DNA of 64,000 nt from Cypionkella sp. (GCF_028290025.1 NZ_JAQGKQ010000055.1:1092-65091), one strand, 5' to 3'. Numbered from the stretch's first letter, positions 10,058 through 20,993 are shown. Translations and numbers: made by a program. The notes: generated by a model from the letters alone, not told the origin.

Positions 10058-10777
10058 ATGAGCGACGAGACAGAAATCAAGCGGGCGAAAGGCACTGGCG
10101 CGAAGTTCGCCTATGAAGCCATTCGCGACGAGATTCTGTCGTTGACCCTCGCGCCGGGTGCGCTGCTGGACGAAACGTCGCTCGCCGATCGCTTCGGCAT
10201 GTCGCGCTCTCCGGTGCGGGAGGCGCTGATCCGGCTGGCTGGCGAAGACCTTGTGGTTATGCTCGCCAACCGCTCCACCATCGTAGCCCCAATCGACGTT
10301 ACCAGCTTTCCGAAATACGTCGAGGCGCTGGATATTGCCCAGCGCATGAACACTCGTTTGGCCGCCGAATTGCGCAGCGACGCCGATCTGAAAGCCATCG
10401 CCAAACGTCAACGCGCGTTTGAAGCTGCGGTGAAAACTGGCAAGCATCTGGCAATGTCGGAGGCCAACAAGCAGTTCCACATGGCCATCGCCGATGCCGG
10501 TAAAAACCCATATCTGTCAGGGTTTTACCAACGTCTGCTCGATCAAGGCCGCCGCATGTTGCATCTGCATTTCCAATACCTAGAACGCACCCATGACGGC
10601 TATCTTTTAACCGACGAGCACGCCGACATGCTTGATGCCATTCGTGACCGCGACATCCCGCGCGCCGATGCTTTGGCCCATGCCCACACCCGCCAATTCC
10701 GCGATAACTTTATCGGCTTCATGCAGGAAAACTACTCCGCGACCATGCCGCTCGCCACCCCGCAAGCCGCCGAGTAG
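10058..10777 (+). CDS. GntR/FCD-family transcriptional regulator
   Basis: FGMSRSPVREAL wHTH and FCD domain (NKQFH, EH); start trimmed to ATG 10058. Confidence 0.9.
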   Translation: MSDETEIKRAKGTGAKFAYEAIRDEILSLTLAPGALLDETSLADRFGMSRSPVREALIRLAGEDLVVMLANRSTIVAPIDVTSFPKYVEALDIAQRMNTRLAAELRSDADLKAIAKRQRAFEAAVKTGKHLAMSEANKQFHMAIADAGKNPYLSGFYQRLLDQGRRMLHLHFQYLERTHDGYLLTDEHADMLDAIRDRDIPRADALAHAHTRQFRDNFIGFMQENYSATMPLATPQAAE

Positions 10778-10838
10778 CCCGGTTCCAAAGCTGCGCGATC
10801 CGGGCTAGGCTCGGGCAAACCGCATGAGGGGGCCGCAG

Positions 10839-11831
10839 ATGACGTTCAAAGCACTGGTTGTCGATAAGGACGCTGCGGGCGCGACCCATGCCGCCATCAA
10901 AACTCTGACCCTCGCCGATCTTCCGGCAGGCGAGGTTCTGGTCGCCGTCGAATACTCCACCGTTAACTATAAAGACGGTCTGTGCATGGGATCGGGCGGC
11001 GGCATGGTGCGCAATTATCCGCATGTGCCGGGGATTGATTTTGCTGGCATTGTCGAGGCTTCAGACGATCCGCGCTACCAGCCCGGCGATAAGGTCGTGC
11101 TGACCGGCTGGCGTGTGGGAGAGGCTTATTGGGGCGGTTTTGCGCAAAAAGCTCGCGTCAAAGCCGATTGGCTGGTGCCGCTGCCCGCCACTCTGACCAC
11201 CCGCGCCGCGATGGCCGTCGGCACTGCTGGCCTGACCGCAATGCTCGCCGTGATGGCTTTGGAGGCGCATGGTTTGCAGCCGGGGCAGGGGCCGGTTTTG
11301 GTGACTGGCGCTGCGGGCGGTGTCGGTTCCGCTGCCGTCGCGATCTTGGCGCATCTGGGATATGAGGTCGCGGCCGTCACCGGTCGGCCCGAAACCGAAG
11401 CCTATCTGCGCGACCTTGGCGCCACCCAAATCATCCCGCGCGATCAGATCAATGAGACCGTCAAACGGCCGCTGGAGTCTGAAACTTGGTCCGGCTGCAT
11501 TGATGCCGTCGGCGGTGCGATGCTCGCTCGCGTGCTTGGTCAGTTGAAATATCGCGCCTCGGTCGCGGCTGTCGGCTTGGCCGGAGGCACGAACCTGCCC
11601 GCCTCTGTGATCCCGTTCCTGCTGCGCGGCGTCAACCTGCTCGGCATCGATTCCGTGCTGCAACCCTACGCCAATCGCCAAGCCGCATGGGCCCGCATCG
11701 CCACCGATCTGCCGCAGGATAAGCTGGAGTCGATGGTGACAATGGCGACCCTCGCCGATCTGCCGCGCCTCGGGGTTGAGATTTTGGCAGGCCAGATCAA
11801 GGGGCGCTGCGTGATCGACGTGAACTCGTAG
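10839..11831 (+). CDS. acuI: acryloyl-CoA reductase (YhdH/MDR family)
   Basis: YSTVNYKD, VPGID, GTAGLTA, PFLLRGVNLLGIDSV. Confidence 0.85.
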   Translation: MTFKALVVDKDAAGATHAAIKTLTLADLPAGEVLVAVEYSTVNYKDGLCMGSGGGMVRNYPHVPGIDFAGIVEASDDPRYQPGDKVVLTGWRVGEAYWGGFAQKARVKADWLVPLPATLTTRAAMAVGTAGLTAMLAVMALEAHGLQPGQGPVLVTGAAGGVGSAAVAILAHLGYEVAAVTGRPETEAYLRDLGATQIIPRDQINETVKRPLESETWSGCIDAVGGAMLARVLGQLKYRASVAAVGLAGGTNLPASVIPFLLRGVNLLGIDSVLQPYANRQAAWARIATDLPQDKLESMVTMATLADLPRLGVEILAGQIKGRCVIDVNS

Positions 11832-11931
11832 GGCAATTTAGTCGCGATCCTACCACATATGGTGCAGACTGGCTCAAAAGGCGCGTTACACAAGTCCCTC
11901 CCCGCTGGGAGGACTTTGTCAGCGACGTGCC

Positions 11932-12642
11932 TCAATACCGCGTCGTCATGCGATACCCCCGCCGATGCGCCAGCGTCACCAGAGTAACGGCGGCGTTCTG
12001 CCACCACGTTGCGCGCTCGACACAAAACACCGGATCGCCCAAAGCATGATCGAGATGCGCGACCATCACTGCATCCGCCGCCGCCGCCAGAAAGCTGATC
12101 TCCACCTCCGAGAATGGCACCGTCGCCACCAGCCATTCATTCGGCCCAACGGTTGAGAAATTTTGCTCCAAAGCCATTGGCAAAGCCCCCGCATTGATCC
12201 AACGATCCTCTAGTTGAAACGCCACCCCGTCGGCGAAATGCAAACACAGCAGATGCACCACCCGGGCGCGCGCTTTCAACCCCAGCCGTCCCCGCAGCCA
12301 ATCCGGGGCCACCAGCACCTCGCGGGCAAGCAGCTGATAGCCATAAATCGCCCCGGTTTTCTCAATCTCAGACCGCACCACGGGCATCTCAAACCGCGCT
12401 TGCCGGATCGGAGCCATCCGCACCCGCGTTCCCGCCTTACGCTTACGGTCCAGAAACCCCAGTTCCGACACCTCTCGCAAAGCCCGGTTCATCGTGGTGC
12501 GAGAGCAGCCGAATTCCTCCGCCAGTTCAACCTCACCCGGCAGCAAGGTTCCCGGCCCCCACGGCCCCTCGGTGATGCGCTGCACAATCTCGGCCATCAC
12601 CTCGCGGAAAGTCGTGGTCTCATGCTTTGCAATTTCTGCCAT
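11932..12642 (-). CDS. hutC: histidine utilization repressor (GntR/UTRA)
   Basis: FGCSRTTMNRAL wHTH, EDRWIN UTRA motif, adjacent to hut genes. Confidence 0.8.
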   Translation of the reverse strand: MAEIAKHETTTFREVMAEIVQRITEGPWGPGTLLPGEVELAEEFGCSRTTMNRALREVSELGFLDRKRKAGTRVRMAPIRQARFEMPVVRSEIEKTGAIYGYQLLAREVLVAPDWLRGRLGLKARARVVHLLCLHFADGVAFQLEDRWINAGALPMALEQNFSTVGPNEWLVATVPFSEVEISFLAAAADAVMVAHLDHALGDPVFCVERATWWQNAAVTLVTLAHRRGYRMTTRY

Positions 12643-12663
12643 CGCGCCCTCCCGAACGCCGCC

Positions 12664-14022
12664 CTAAAGCGCGTCCACCAGCCCCCGCACAGCCACCCGC
12701 CAGCCCGCGATAATCTGATCGCGCTGGATATGCCGCCCGCCGCGCACCTGATGCCGCCCCGCCGACCACAAATCGGTGATGACGTTATCCGAGGCCGCAA
12801 ACGCCAGCCCGTCCAAAATCTGATCATTCCGTAGCGCGCAAAGCGAGGGATGCGCCAGATCAATCGCCACCACATCCGCCAGCATCCCCACCGCAATCGC
12901 CCCAGACTGCCGCCCCAAAGCCTGCGCGCCGCCCTTCGCAGCCTCCATATAAAGCGACTGCCCAACCGAGCCTTCGCCCACAACCATCACATTCCGCGCA
13001 ATATCCCGCAGCCGCTGGCTATACTCCAACGTCCGCAATTCCTCGGTCAAAGAAATCCGCACATTGCTGTCCGAGCCAATGCCAAACGCCCCACGAGCCG
13101 CCAGCCACCCCGGCCCATTGAACGGCCCATCGCCCAAATTCGCCTCGGTGATCGGGCACAGACCCGCCACAGCACCGGACTGCGCCAGCCCCGAAGTCTC
13201 CGCCTCCGTCATATGCGTCGCATGAATCGCACACCAATCGGCGTTAATCGGTGTATTAGCCAGCAACCACTCCGCCGGACGCGCTCCCAACCAAGCCGAA
13301 ATATCCGCGACCTCCTTAGGCTGCTCTGCCACGTGGATATGCACCGGATTGCCCGCCGCAATTGGCAATGCCCGCAGCAAATCCCCCGGATTGGTCGCCC
13401 GTAAAGAATGCGGCGCAATCCCCACCCGCGTATCCGACGGCAAAGCCCGGGCCGAAACTCGCGCCGCCTCAACCAACCGCGCAAACCGATCCACATCATT
13501 GCCAAACCGCAACTGCCCCGCCGTCAGCGGCTGCTCGCCAGCCCCGCCGTAAGTATACAAAACCGGCAAATGCGTCAGCCCGATCCCTGTCAGATCGGCG
13601 GCCGCAAAAATCCGCCCCGACAGCTCGGCAATATCCGAATAGACAGCCCCACCCGGCTGATGATGCACATAATGGAACTCGCCGACCGAGGCATAGCCCG
13701 CCTCCTGCATCTCCATAAACACCAGCGCCGCAATCGCCTGCATCTGCTCCGGCGTCAGACGGTCCAGAAACCGATACATCAAATCGCGCCACGTCCAGAA
13801 ACTGTCCCGCCCGGCGATGCGATGCTCGGTCATCCCTGCCATCGCGCGCTGAAACGCATGGCTGTGCAGGTTCGCCAGCGCAGGCAGGAGCGCCGACACC
13901 AGCACATCGCCCGCCTGCACCTTAGCCCCGACCGCGACCGCCGAGATATGTCCCTCCGCCACAGTGATCCTGACATTCTCAGCCCAGCCTTGCGGCAACA
14001 AAGCACGTTGAGCAAAAATCAC
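12664..14022 (-). CDS. hutF: formimidoylglutamate deiminase
   Basis: NLHSHAFQRAMAG, SFWTWR, EFHYVH, CPITEANLGDG, GSDS. Confidence 0.95.
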   Translation of the reverse strand: MIFAQRALLPQGWAENVRITVAEGHISAVAVGAKVQAGDVLVSALLPALANLHSHAFQRAMAGMTEHRIAGRDSFWTWRDLMYRFLDRLTPEQMQAIAALVFMEMQEAGYASVGEFHYVHHQPGGAVYSDIAELSGRIFAAADLTGIGLTHLPVLYTYGGAGEQPLTAGQLRFGNDVDRFARLVEAARVSARALPSDTRVGIAPHSLRATNPGDLLRALPIAAGNPVHIHVAEQPKEVADISAWLGARPAEWLLANTPINADWCAIHATHMTEAETSGLAQSGAVAGLCPITEANLGDGPFNGPGWLAARGAFGIGSDSNVRISLTEELRTLEYSQRLRDIARNVMVVGEGSVGQSLYMEAAKGGAQALGRQSGAIAVGMLADVVAIDLAHPSLCALRNDQILDGLAFAASDNVITDLWSAGRHQVRGGRHIQRDQIIAGWRVAVRGLVDAL

Positions 14023-14034
14023 GATGGCGACTCC

Positions 14035-14050
14035 TTATGTGTAGACATAA
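14035..14050. promoter_or_regulatory. HutC operator-like palindrome TTATGTGTAGACATAA
   Basis: near-perfect inverted repeat between divergent hutF and hutI, resembling known HutC boxes. Confidence 0.65.
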
Positions 14051-14103
14051 TAAACATACTCGCATAAACCTTGTTGAGGCAATAGCTTTTGGCGAGGCAT
14101 CCC

Positions 14104-15327
14104 GTGCATCCTTCCCCGATCACTCTTATCGGCCTGCAAGCCGCCACGATGCAGTCGTCGGATAGGTCCGGCGCGGACCCCTACGGCTTGATCCAAGACG
14201 CCGCTTTGGTGCTGGCGGAAGGCCGTATCGCATGGGTCGGCCCCCGCGCTGACCTCCCCGCTGAACACGCTCGCCTGCCGCAACATGACTGCGGCAACCG
14301 CCTGATCACCCCCGCTTTGATCGACTGCCACACCCACGTCGTCCACGGTGGCAACCGCGCCACAGAGTTTGAGATGCGCCTTGAGGGTGCCACTTACGAA
14401 GAAGTCGCCCGCGCTGGCGGTGGCATCATTTCCACCGTCAAAGCCACCCGCACCGCCTCGCAAGCCGATTTGGTCGACCAAGCCCTACCGTTCGTCGATG
14501 CGATGATCGCCGAGGGCGTCGCGGTGATCGAGATCAAATCCGGCTACGGCCTGAACCAGGTCACCGAACTTCGGATGCTGCGCGCGGCCCGCGAAATCGC
14601 CACCCTGCGCAAAATCACCGTCAAAACCAGCTACCTTCCCGCCCAGGCCATTCCTCCCGACTACTACGACCGAGCTGACGCCTATATCGACGACGTCGCC
14701 ATCCCGGCCCTACACGCTGCCCACGCTGAAGGCTTGGTTGAAGCGGTGGACGGCTTCTGCGAAGGCATCGCCTTCTCCCCCGCCCAAATCGAGCGTCTGT
14801 TCACGGTCGCCCGCGCCCTGAACCTTCCGGTAAAACTCCACGCCGAGCAACTCTCCAACCTTGGCGGCGCAGCCCTAGCCGCCCGCTTTAACGCCATCTC
14901 CGCCGATCACCTCGAATATCTCGACGAAGCTGGCGTCATCGCAATGGCCGCCGCAGGAACCGTCGCCGTCATCCTCCCCGGAGCCTTCTACACCCTGCGC
15001 GAAACGCAAGCCCCGCCCGTCGCGCTCCTTAGAAAACACAACGTCCCGATGGCCGTCGCCACCGACATGAACCCCGGCTCCTCCCCCATGTCATCGCTAT
15101 TACTGGCGATGAACATGGCCTGCACCCTGTTCCGCATGACCCCCGCCGAAGCCCTCGCGGGGACCACCATAAATGCCGCCCGCGCCCTAAACCTACCCAG
15201 CCACGGCACGCTGGCCGCAGGTCAGGTCGCCGACCTCGCCATCTGGAACGCCCAACACCCCGCCGAACTCGCCTATCGCATCGGCTTCAACCCACTTCAT
15301 CAACGCATCATCGGAGGCGCGCTTTGA
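14104..15327 (+). CDS. hutI: imidazolonepropionase
   Basis: [40 protein letters not shown]; start uncertain (GTG 14104). Confidence 0.93.
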   Translation: MHPSPITLIGLQAATMQSSDRSGADPYGLIQDAALVLAEGRIAWVGPRADLPAEHARLPQHDCGNRLITPALIDCHTHVVHGGNRATEFEMRLEGATYEEVARAGGGIISTVKATRTASQADLVDQALPFVDAMIAEGVAVIEIKSGYGLNQVTELRMLRAAREIATLRKITVKTSYLPAQAIPPDYYDRADAYIDDVAIPALHAAHAEGLVEAVDGFCEGIAFSPAQIERLFTVARALNLPVKLHAEQLSNLGGAALAARFNAISADHLEYLDEAGVIAMAAAGTVAVILPGAFYTLRETQAPPVALLRKHNVPMAVATDMNPGSSPMSSLLLAMNMACTLFRMTPAEALAGTTINAARALNLPSHGTLAAGQVADLAIWNAQHPAELAYRIGFNPLHQRIIGGAL

Positions 15328-16856
15328 CCGCACTGACCCTGACCCCCGGCCAAACCACCCTCGAACAACTGGTCCGCATCTACCGCGACGAACTCCCCGT
15401 CACCCTCGATCGCGCCGCCAAACCCGGCATCGAACGCGCCGCCGAAGCCATCAAAGCTGCCGCCGCTGGCGATGCCCCGGTTTACGGCGTCAACACGGGT
15501 TTCGGTAAACTCGCCAGCATGCGCATCGCCCCCGCCGACACCGCCACCCTGCAACGCAATCTGATCTTGTCGCATTGCTGCGGTGTCGGCGAGGCGATCC
15601 CTCGCCGCCACGCCCGCCTGCTGATGGTGTTGAAACTGCTCAGCTTCGGTCGCGGCGCGTCCGGTATCCGTTGGGAATTCATCGAACTGCTGGAGTCGAT
15701 GCTCGCCAAAGGCGTCACCCCGCAAATCCCAGCGCAGGGCTCCGTCGGCGCATCCGGTGACCTCGCCCCACTCGCCCACATGACCGCCGTGATCATCGGC
15801 GAAGGCGAAGCCGAATACCAAGGCCAGATCCTGCCCGGAGCCAAAGCCCTCGCCGCCGCTGGCCTCCAAGCCCTGCAACTCGGCCCGAAAGAGGGTCTCG
15901 CCTTCATCAACGGCACGCAATTCTCCACCGCTTTCGCCCTCGCTGGCCTGTTTGACGGCTGGAATGCCGCGCAATCCGCGCTTGTCACATCGGCGCTATC
16001 GACCGACGCCATCATGGGCTCCACCGCGCCGCTGCAACCCGAAATCCACTCGCTTCGCGGCCATGCAGGCCAGATCGAAGCCGCCGCCTTCATGCGCGCC
16101 CTGCTGGCAGGTTCGGAAATCCGCGAAAGCCACATTGAGGGCGACGCCCGCGTGCAAGACCCCTACTGCATTCGCTGCCAACCGCAGGTCACCGGTGCCG
16201 CGATGGACGTCCTTCGCCAAGCCGCCACCACCTTGGAGATCGAAGCCAACGCCGCCACTGACAACCCCCTCGTGCTGACCGAAGCGGGCCTGATCGTCTC
16301 GGGCGGCAACTTCCACGCGGAACCGGTGGGCTTTGCCGCCGACATGATCGCGCTGGCCCTCGCCGAAATCGGTGCCATCGCGCAACGCCGCGTCGCCCTG
16401 ATGGTTGACCCGGTGCTGTCGTTCAACCTGCCGCCTTTCCTCACCCCACGCCCCGGCCTGAACTCCGGCTTGATGATCGCCGAAGTCACTACGGCGGCTT
16501 TGATGAGTGAAAACAAACACACCGCCATGCCCTGCGTGACCGACAGCACCCCCACTTCCGCCAACCAAGAAGATCACGTCAGCATGGCCGCGCACGGTGC
16601 CGTCCGCCTCGGCAAGATGGTCGCAAATCTCAACGTCATCCTCGGCGTTGAAGCGATCTGCGCCGCCCAAGGCGTCGATTTCCGCGCCCCCCTGCAAACC
16701 TCGACCCCGCTGCAAGCCGTCGTCGCCCGCCTGCGCCAAGACGTCGCCACCTTGGGCGATGATCGCTACCTCGCCCCCGACCTGATCGCCGCCGCCAATC
16801 TGATCGCCACCGGAGCCCTCACCGAAGCCTCCGCCCTCACCCTTCCCACCTTGTAA
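15324..16856 (+). CDS. hutH: histidine ammonia-lyase
   Basis: [17 protein letters not shown] (MIO), [18 protein letters not shown]. Confidence 0.97.
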   Translation: MTALTLTPGQTTLEQLVRIYRDELPVTLDRAAKPGIERAAEAIKAAAAGDAPVYGVNTGFGKLASMRIAPADTATLQRNLILSHCCGVGEAIPRRHARLLMVLKLLSFGRGASGIRWEFIELLESMLAKGVTPQIPAQGSVGASGDLAPLAHMTAVIIGEGEAEYQGQILPGAKALAAAGLQALQLGPKEGLAFINGTQFSTAFALAGLFDGWNAAQSALVTSALSTDAIMGSTAPLQPEIHSLRGHAGQIEAAAFMRALLAGSEIRESHIEGDARVQDPYCIRCQPQVTGAAMDVLRQAATTLEIEANAATDNPLVLTEAGLIVSGGNFHAEPVGFAADMIALALAEIGAIAQRRVALMVDPVLSFNLPPFLTPRPGLNSGLMIAEVTTAALMSENKHTAMPCVTDSTPTSANQEDHVSMAAHGAVRLGKMVANLNVILGVEAICAAQGVDFRAPLQTSTPLQAVVARLRQDVATLGDDRYLAPDLIAAANLIATGALTEASALTLPTL

Positions 16857-16868
16857 ATCGAGGCTGAT

Positions 16869-18566
16869 ATGAACAAACCGCTCGACAACTCCCGCCACAA
16901 TATGCGCGACATTTACCCCGCCACTGGCACCGAGATCACCGCGAAAAGCTGGCAGACCGAGGCCGCGATGCGGATGCTGATGAACAACCTGCATCCCGAC
17001 GTCGCCGAAAATCCGCACGAACTGGTCGTCTACGGCGGCATCGGTCGCGCCACCCGCACCTGGGGCGATTTTGACCGCATCGTCGCCACGCTGAAAACGC
17101 TAGAAGATGATGAGACGCTGGTGGTGCAATCCGGTCGCCCTGTCGCCGTGGTCCGCACCCACAAAGACGCCCCGCGCGTGCTGATCGCCAACTCCAACCT
17201 TGTGCCACACTGGGCGACGTGGGACCATTTCAACGCGCTCGATAAAAAGGGCCTGATGATGTACGGCCAGATGACCGCTGGCTCGTGGATTTACATCGGC
17301 ACCCAAGGCATCGTGCAGGGCACGTATGAGACGTTTGCCGAAGCGGGCCGTCAGCACTACGGCGGCTCGCTCAAAGGCAAATGGATTCTGACGGGCGGTC
17401 TGGGGGGCATGGGCGGCGCTCAACCTCTGGCGGCTGTGATGGCCGGAGCCTGCTGCCTCGCGGTGGAGTGTGACGAGACCCGCATCGACTTCCGCATCCG
17501 CACCCGCTACGTCGATGCCAAAGCGCATACGCTCGACGAAGCCCTCGCGATGATCGCCGAATGGACCGCTGCCGGAGAGGCCAAATCGGTCGGCCTGTTG
17601 GGCAATGCCGCCGACATATTCCCCGAACTTGTTCGTCGCATGAAAGCTGGCACCGCCCGCCCCGATATCGTCACCGACCAAACCTCGGCGCACGACCCGC
17701 TGCACGGCTACTTGCCGCAGGGCTGGAACGTCGCTGAATGGCGCGCCAAACAGGAAACCGACCCGAAAGCGGTGCAAAAAGCCGCCCGCGCCTCAATGCG
17801 CACCCATGTCGCGGCGATGGTCGATTTCTGGAACGCAGGTGTGCCGACTTTGGATTACGGCAATAACATCCGCCAAATCGCACTTGAAGAAGGCTTGGAA
17901 AACGCCTTCGCCTTCCCGGGTTTCGTCCCCGCCTACATCCGCCCGTTGTTCTGCAAAGGCATCGGCCCGTTCCGCTGGGTGGCCCTGTCCGGTGACCCGG
18001 AAGATATCTACAAAACCGACGCCGCGATGAAGAAACTGTTCCCGGAAAACGACCACCTGCACCGCTGGCTGGATATGGCCGCCGACCGTATCGCCTTCCA
18101 AGGCCTGCCCGCCCGTATCTGCTGGATCGGTCTGGGGGATCGCCACCGCGCTGGCCTGATGCTCAACGAGATGGTAAAATCTGGCGAACTCAAAGCCCCC
18201 ATCGTCATCGGCCGCGATCACCTAGATGCTGGCTCGGTCGCCTCGCCCAACCGTGAGACCGAAAGCATGATGGACGGCTCGGATGCTGTCTCCGACTGGC
18301 CCCTGCTCAACGCCCTCGTCAACACCGCATCCGGGGCCACATGGGTTTCCATCCACCACGGCGGCGGCGTCGGCATGGGCTTTTCGCAACACTCCGGCGT
18401 GGTGATCGTCGCCGATGGCACCGATGATGCCGCCAAACGGCTGGAGCGTGTGCTGTGGAATGACCCAGCTTCGGGCGTCTGGCGCCATGCCGATGCGGGT
18501 TATGAGACCGCAATTGATTGCGCCAAAGAGCAAGGCCTTCGGCTGCCGACAATCTTGGGCAACTAA
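16869..18566 (+). CDS. hutU: urocanate hydratase
   Basis: [35 protein letters not shown]. Confidence 0.97.
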   Translation: MNKPLDNSRHNMRDIYPATGTEITAKSWQTEAAMRMLMNNLHPDVAENPHELVVYGGIGRATRTWGDFDRIVATLKTLEDDETLVVQSGRPVAVVRTHKDAPRVLIANSNLVPHWATWDHFNALDKKGLMMYGQMTAGSWIYIGTQGIVQGTYETFAEAGRQHYGGSLKGKWILTGGLGGMGGAQPLAAVMAGACCLAVECDETRIDFRIRTRYVDAKAHTLDEALAMIAEWTAAGEAKSVGLLGNAADIFPELVRRMKAGTARPDIVTDQTSAHDPLHGYLPQGWNVAEWRAKQETDPKAVQKAARASMRTHVAAMVDFWNAGVPTLDYGNNIRQIALEEGLENAFAFPGFVPAYIRPLFCKGIGPFRWVALSGDPEDIYKTDAAMKKLFPENDHLHRWLDMAADRIAFQGLPARICWIGLGDRHRAGLMLNEMVKSGELKAPIVIGRDHLDAGSVASPNRETESMMDGSDAVSDWPLLNALVNTASGATWVSIHHGGGVGMGFSQHSGVVIVADGTDDAAKRLERVLWNDPASGVWRHADAGYETAIDCAKEQGLRLPTILGN

Positions 18567-18570
18567 AGCC

Positions 18571-18615
18571 GATATGCAAGGAACCGGACGAACTATTTCC
18601 GGCTCCTTGCATATC
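18571..18615. terminator. long hairpin between convergent hutU and ohrR
   Basis: GATATGCAAGGAACCGGA-N9-TCCGGCTCCTTGCATATC, 18-bp stem with one mismatch. Confidence 0.55.
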
Positions 18616-18649
18616 TTTCAAACTTAACCAAAATTTTTCATCTACTCAT

Positions 18650-18690
18650 AAATATCCCACGGGGGTCCGGGGGTGTGAAACCCCCGGCGA
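18650..18690 (+). repeat. REP-like palindromic element, copy 1
   Basis: AAATATCCCACGGGGGTCCGGGGGTGTGAAACCCCCGGCGA, identical to 25480-25520. Confidence 0.85.
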
Positions 18691-18708
18691 TCAGCCCAGA
18701 AAGCCAAG

Positions 18709-19146
18709 TTAACCCCGCAACTGATCTCGCAGCGCATTGACCTGATCGCGCAGCGCCGTCAAAGCCGCCAAAGTCATGCCTGACTTCTCCAGTATGCACC
18801 CGGGAATATCCGCCGCCCGCGCCTGCATGTCGCGGCCCACGCCCGTCAAAGACACCCGCACCTGACGCTCATCGCGACTATCGCGCGCCCGCGCCACCAA
18901 CCCCTGAGCCTCCAACCGCTTCAACAGCGGCGTCAGCGTGTTGCTCTCCAGCTGCAACGCCTGCCCCAACTGCCCGACGGTCTGGCCGTCCTCGCCCCAC
19001 AGTGACACCAGCACCAGATATTGCGGATAGGTCAGCCCCAACGCTTCCAACATCGGCTTATAGGCGTGCTGCATCGCATGGGTCGCCGAATACAGCGAGA
19101 AACAGATCATCTCGGAGATCGGCAAAGTGGTGGGCGCTGGCATCAT
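18709..19146 (-). CDS. ohrR: organic hydroperoxide sensor, MarR family
   Basis: ICFSLYS sensing Cys, GLTYPQYLVL, LTPLLKRLE; divergent from ohr. Confidence 0.92.
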   Translation of the reverse strand: MMPAPTTLPISEMICFSLYSATHAMQHAYKPMLEALGLTYPQYLVLVSLWGEDGQTVGQLGQALQLESNTLTPLLKRLEAQGLVARARDSRDERQVRVSLTGVGRDMQARAADIPGCILEKSGMTLAALTALRDQVNALRDQLRG

Positions 19147-19170
19147 CGGGCTCCTTTCCAGCAGGATAAG

Positions 19171-19258
19171 TCGCACACGATAAAATCGCAAGGGATTTGA
19201 AGCGTGTTGACTTCGCTGCCGACTCGCGTTAAATATATCGCACACGATTAAATCGCAA
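19171..19258. promoter_or_regulatory. two putative OhrR operators
   Basis: TCGCACACGAT(A/T)AAATCGCAA at 19171-19191 and 19238-19258. Confidence 0.7.
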
Positions 19259-19268
19259 AGGAAATATC

Positions 19269-19697
19269 ATGTTGACAAAAATAGCGTATTCCACTGAAGC
19301 CACCGCAACTGGCGGCGGTCGTGATGGAAAATCGGCCACCACAGATGGCGCGTTGGCCGTCACTCTGGCTGTGCCAAAAGAAATGGGCGGCAATGGTGGT
19401 GGAAACAACCCCGAGCAACTGTTCGCCGTGGGATACGCCGCTTGCTACCTCGGCGCGATGCGCTTTGCCGCGTCGAGCGAGAAACTCGGCACCGTTCCGG
19501 CGGATGCCTCCGTCACCTCGACCGTCAGCATTGGCCCGCGCGACGAAGGTGGCTTCGGCCTGCAAGTCGAGTTGAAAGTTTCGATGCCCGGCGTTGACCG
19601 TGAAACCGCGCAGAAAATCGTCGATCGCGGCCATTTCATTTGCCCATACTCGAACGCCACCAAGGGCAATATCGACGTCACCACCACGCTGGTCTAA
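19269..19697 (+). CDS. ohr: organic hydroperoxide resistance protein
   Basis: GGGRDG, NPEQLFAVGYAAC, CPYSNAT. Confidence 0.96.
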   Translation: MLTKIAYSTEATATGGGRDGKSATTDGALAVTLAVPKEMGGNGGGNNPEQLFAVGYAACYLGAMRFAASSEKLGTVPADASVTSTVSIGPRDEGGFGLQVELKVSMPGVDRETAQKIVDRGHFICPYSNATKGNIDVTTTLV

Positions 19698-19784
19698 ACA
19701 TTCCGGTCTTAAGGCCGGGGTCTAACCCCTTGCCACTACCCCTTGCCCTGCTAGGCTAACCCCAACAGGGCAGGGGGCTTTTCG

Positions 19785-20549
19785 ATGGACCGCTTAAAAG
19801 GCAAAGTTGCTATCATCTCCGGCGGTGCCACCGGAATCGGAGCCGCCGCTGCCCGCTTGTTCGCCGCCGAAGGCGCTGCGGTCGGCATCATCGACTGCAA
19901 TGTCGAAGCAGGCCAAGCCCTCGCGTTTGATCTGGTCCTCGCTGGCCACCGCGCCTGTTTCGCCACCGCCGATGTCAGCCAAAAAGCCCAAGTCGATGCC
20001 GCCGTTGCCATCGTAAAATCGCAACTCGGCCCGGTGAACGTGCTGTTCAACCACGCCGGCACCATCGTCATCAAACCCTTCCTTGAGACCGAGGAAGCCG
20101 ATTGGGACATGCTGTTCGACGTCAACGTGAAAAGCATGTACCTGATGACCCGCGCCGTCCTGCCGATGATGCTGGCGCAAGGCAAAGGCTCCATCGTCTG
20201 CACCTCCAGCATTTCCGCCGTCTACGCCACCCCGATGGAGGTGCTGTATGACGCCACCAAAGGCGCCTGCCACATGTTCGCCCGCGCCATCGCGGTGGAG
20301 TTTCGCGACAAAGGCATCCGTTGCAACGCCGTCTGTCCCGGCTTTATTGAGACCCCACACGGCCTGCGCGAAGTAGCCGAACTCCCCGCACTCGGAGTCG
20401 ACGCCTCCGAATCCGCGATCAAAGCCGCGCAAGGCCGCTTCGGCCAACCCGAAGACATCGCCCGCGCCGCCCTCTACCTCGCCTCCGACGACGCTGAATT
20501 CGTCACCGGCACGCAACTGTTCGTCGATGGCGGATTTTCGGCGGTTTAG
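19785..20549 (+). CDS. short-chain dehydrogenase/reductase
   Basis: SGGATGIG, NHAG, YDATK, NAVCPG. Confidence 0.9.
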   Translation: MDRLKGKVAIISGGATGIGAAAARLFAAEGAAVGIIDCNVEAGQALAFDLVLAGHRACFATADVSQKAQVDAAVAIVKSQLGPVNVLFNHAGTIVIKPFLETEEADWDMLFDVNVKSMYLMTRAVLPMMLAQGKGSIVCTSSISAVYATPMEVLYDATKGACHMFARAIAVEFRDKGIRCNAVCPGFIETPHGLREVAELPALGVDASESAIKAAQGRFGQPEDIARAALYLASDDAEFVTGTQLFVDGGFSAV

Positions 20550-20798
20550 CGCCAATCGGTCGTATCGGACTGCGCGCGTTGAGAGCGATGCGAAAGGTCG
20601 CAATTTCGGTCCACAGCCTGACAAACGGCCAGCTAGTATTCTCAGCCAGCAAGCGGATTCATGCCAATGCTGCCGTCGATCTCTCCGGTTTTTGCCGAAC
20701 GTGCAATCAGCCTGCCGCTGCCCCTTTGGACGCAGTTCGTTCTGTGCTAATCTAACCAAATCAACCCACTAATTAACGTTACCGAAAGGGAGCATCCC

Positions 20799-20984
20799 AT
20801 GACCAAACACATCGCAGACCACCGCGAACCGTCGAATGGCGCTCGACTTCAACACTTCTTGCGCCTCGCCCGCGAAGCCTCCCCGGCCGCACCGCGCCAA
20901 CTCCACCAACGCCCGCAAACCCGCAGCGAAGACAACCGCCGTATGCAGGAATATCTGCGCATTGAGCGCGGGATTGAGGCTTAA
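20799..20984 (+). CDS. small hypothetical protein (61 aa)
   Basis: strong RBS AAAGGGAG 6 nt upstream, host-like codon style, internal duplicated motif. Confidence 0.6.
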   Translation: MTKHIADHREPSNGARLQHFLRLAREASPAAPRQLHQRPQTRSEDNRRMQEYLRIERGIEA

Positions 20985-20993
20985 GGCTACGAG

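Noticed and set aside
11850-11865. CTACCACATATGGTGC as a fifth composite element or NrdR box
   Set aside because: Weak palindrome match, no IHF or CtrA site at the expected spacing, no nrd gene nearby.
18672-18681. GTGAAAC in the REP loop as canonical parS
   Set aside because: Only a half-site; no GTTTCACGTGAAAC palindrome was seen.
20608-20623. GGTCCAC-AG-CCTGACA as another palindrome copy
   Set aside because: Four mismatches and no CtrA box at 41-42 bp.
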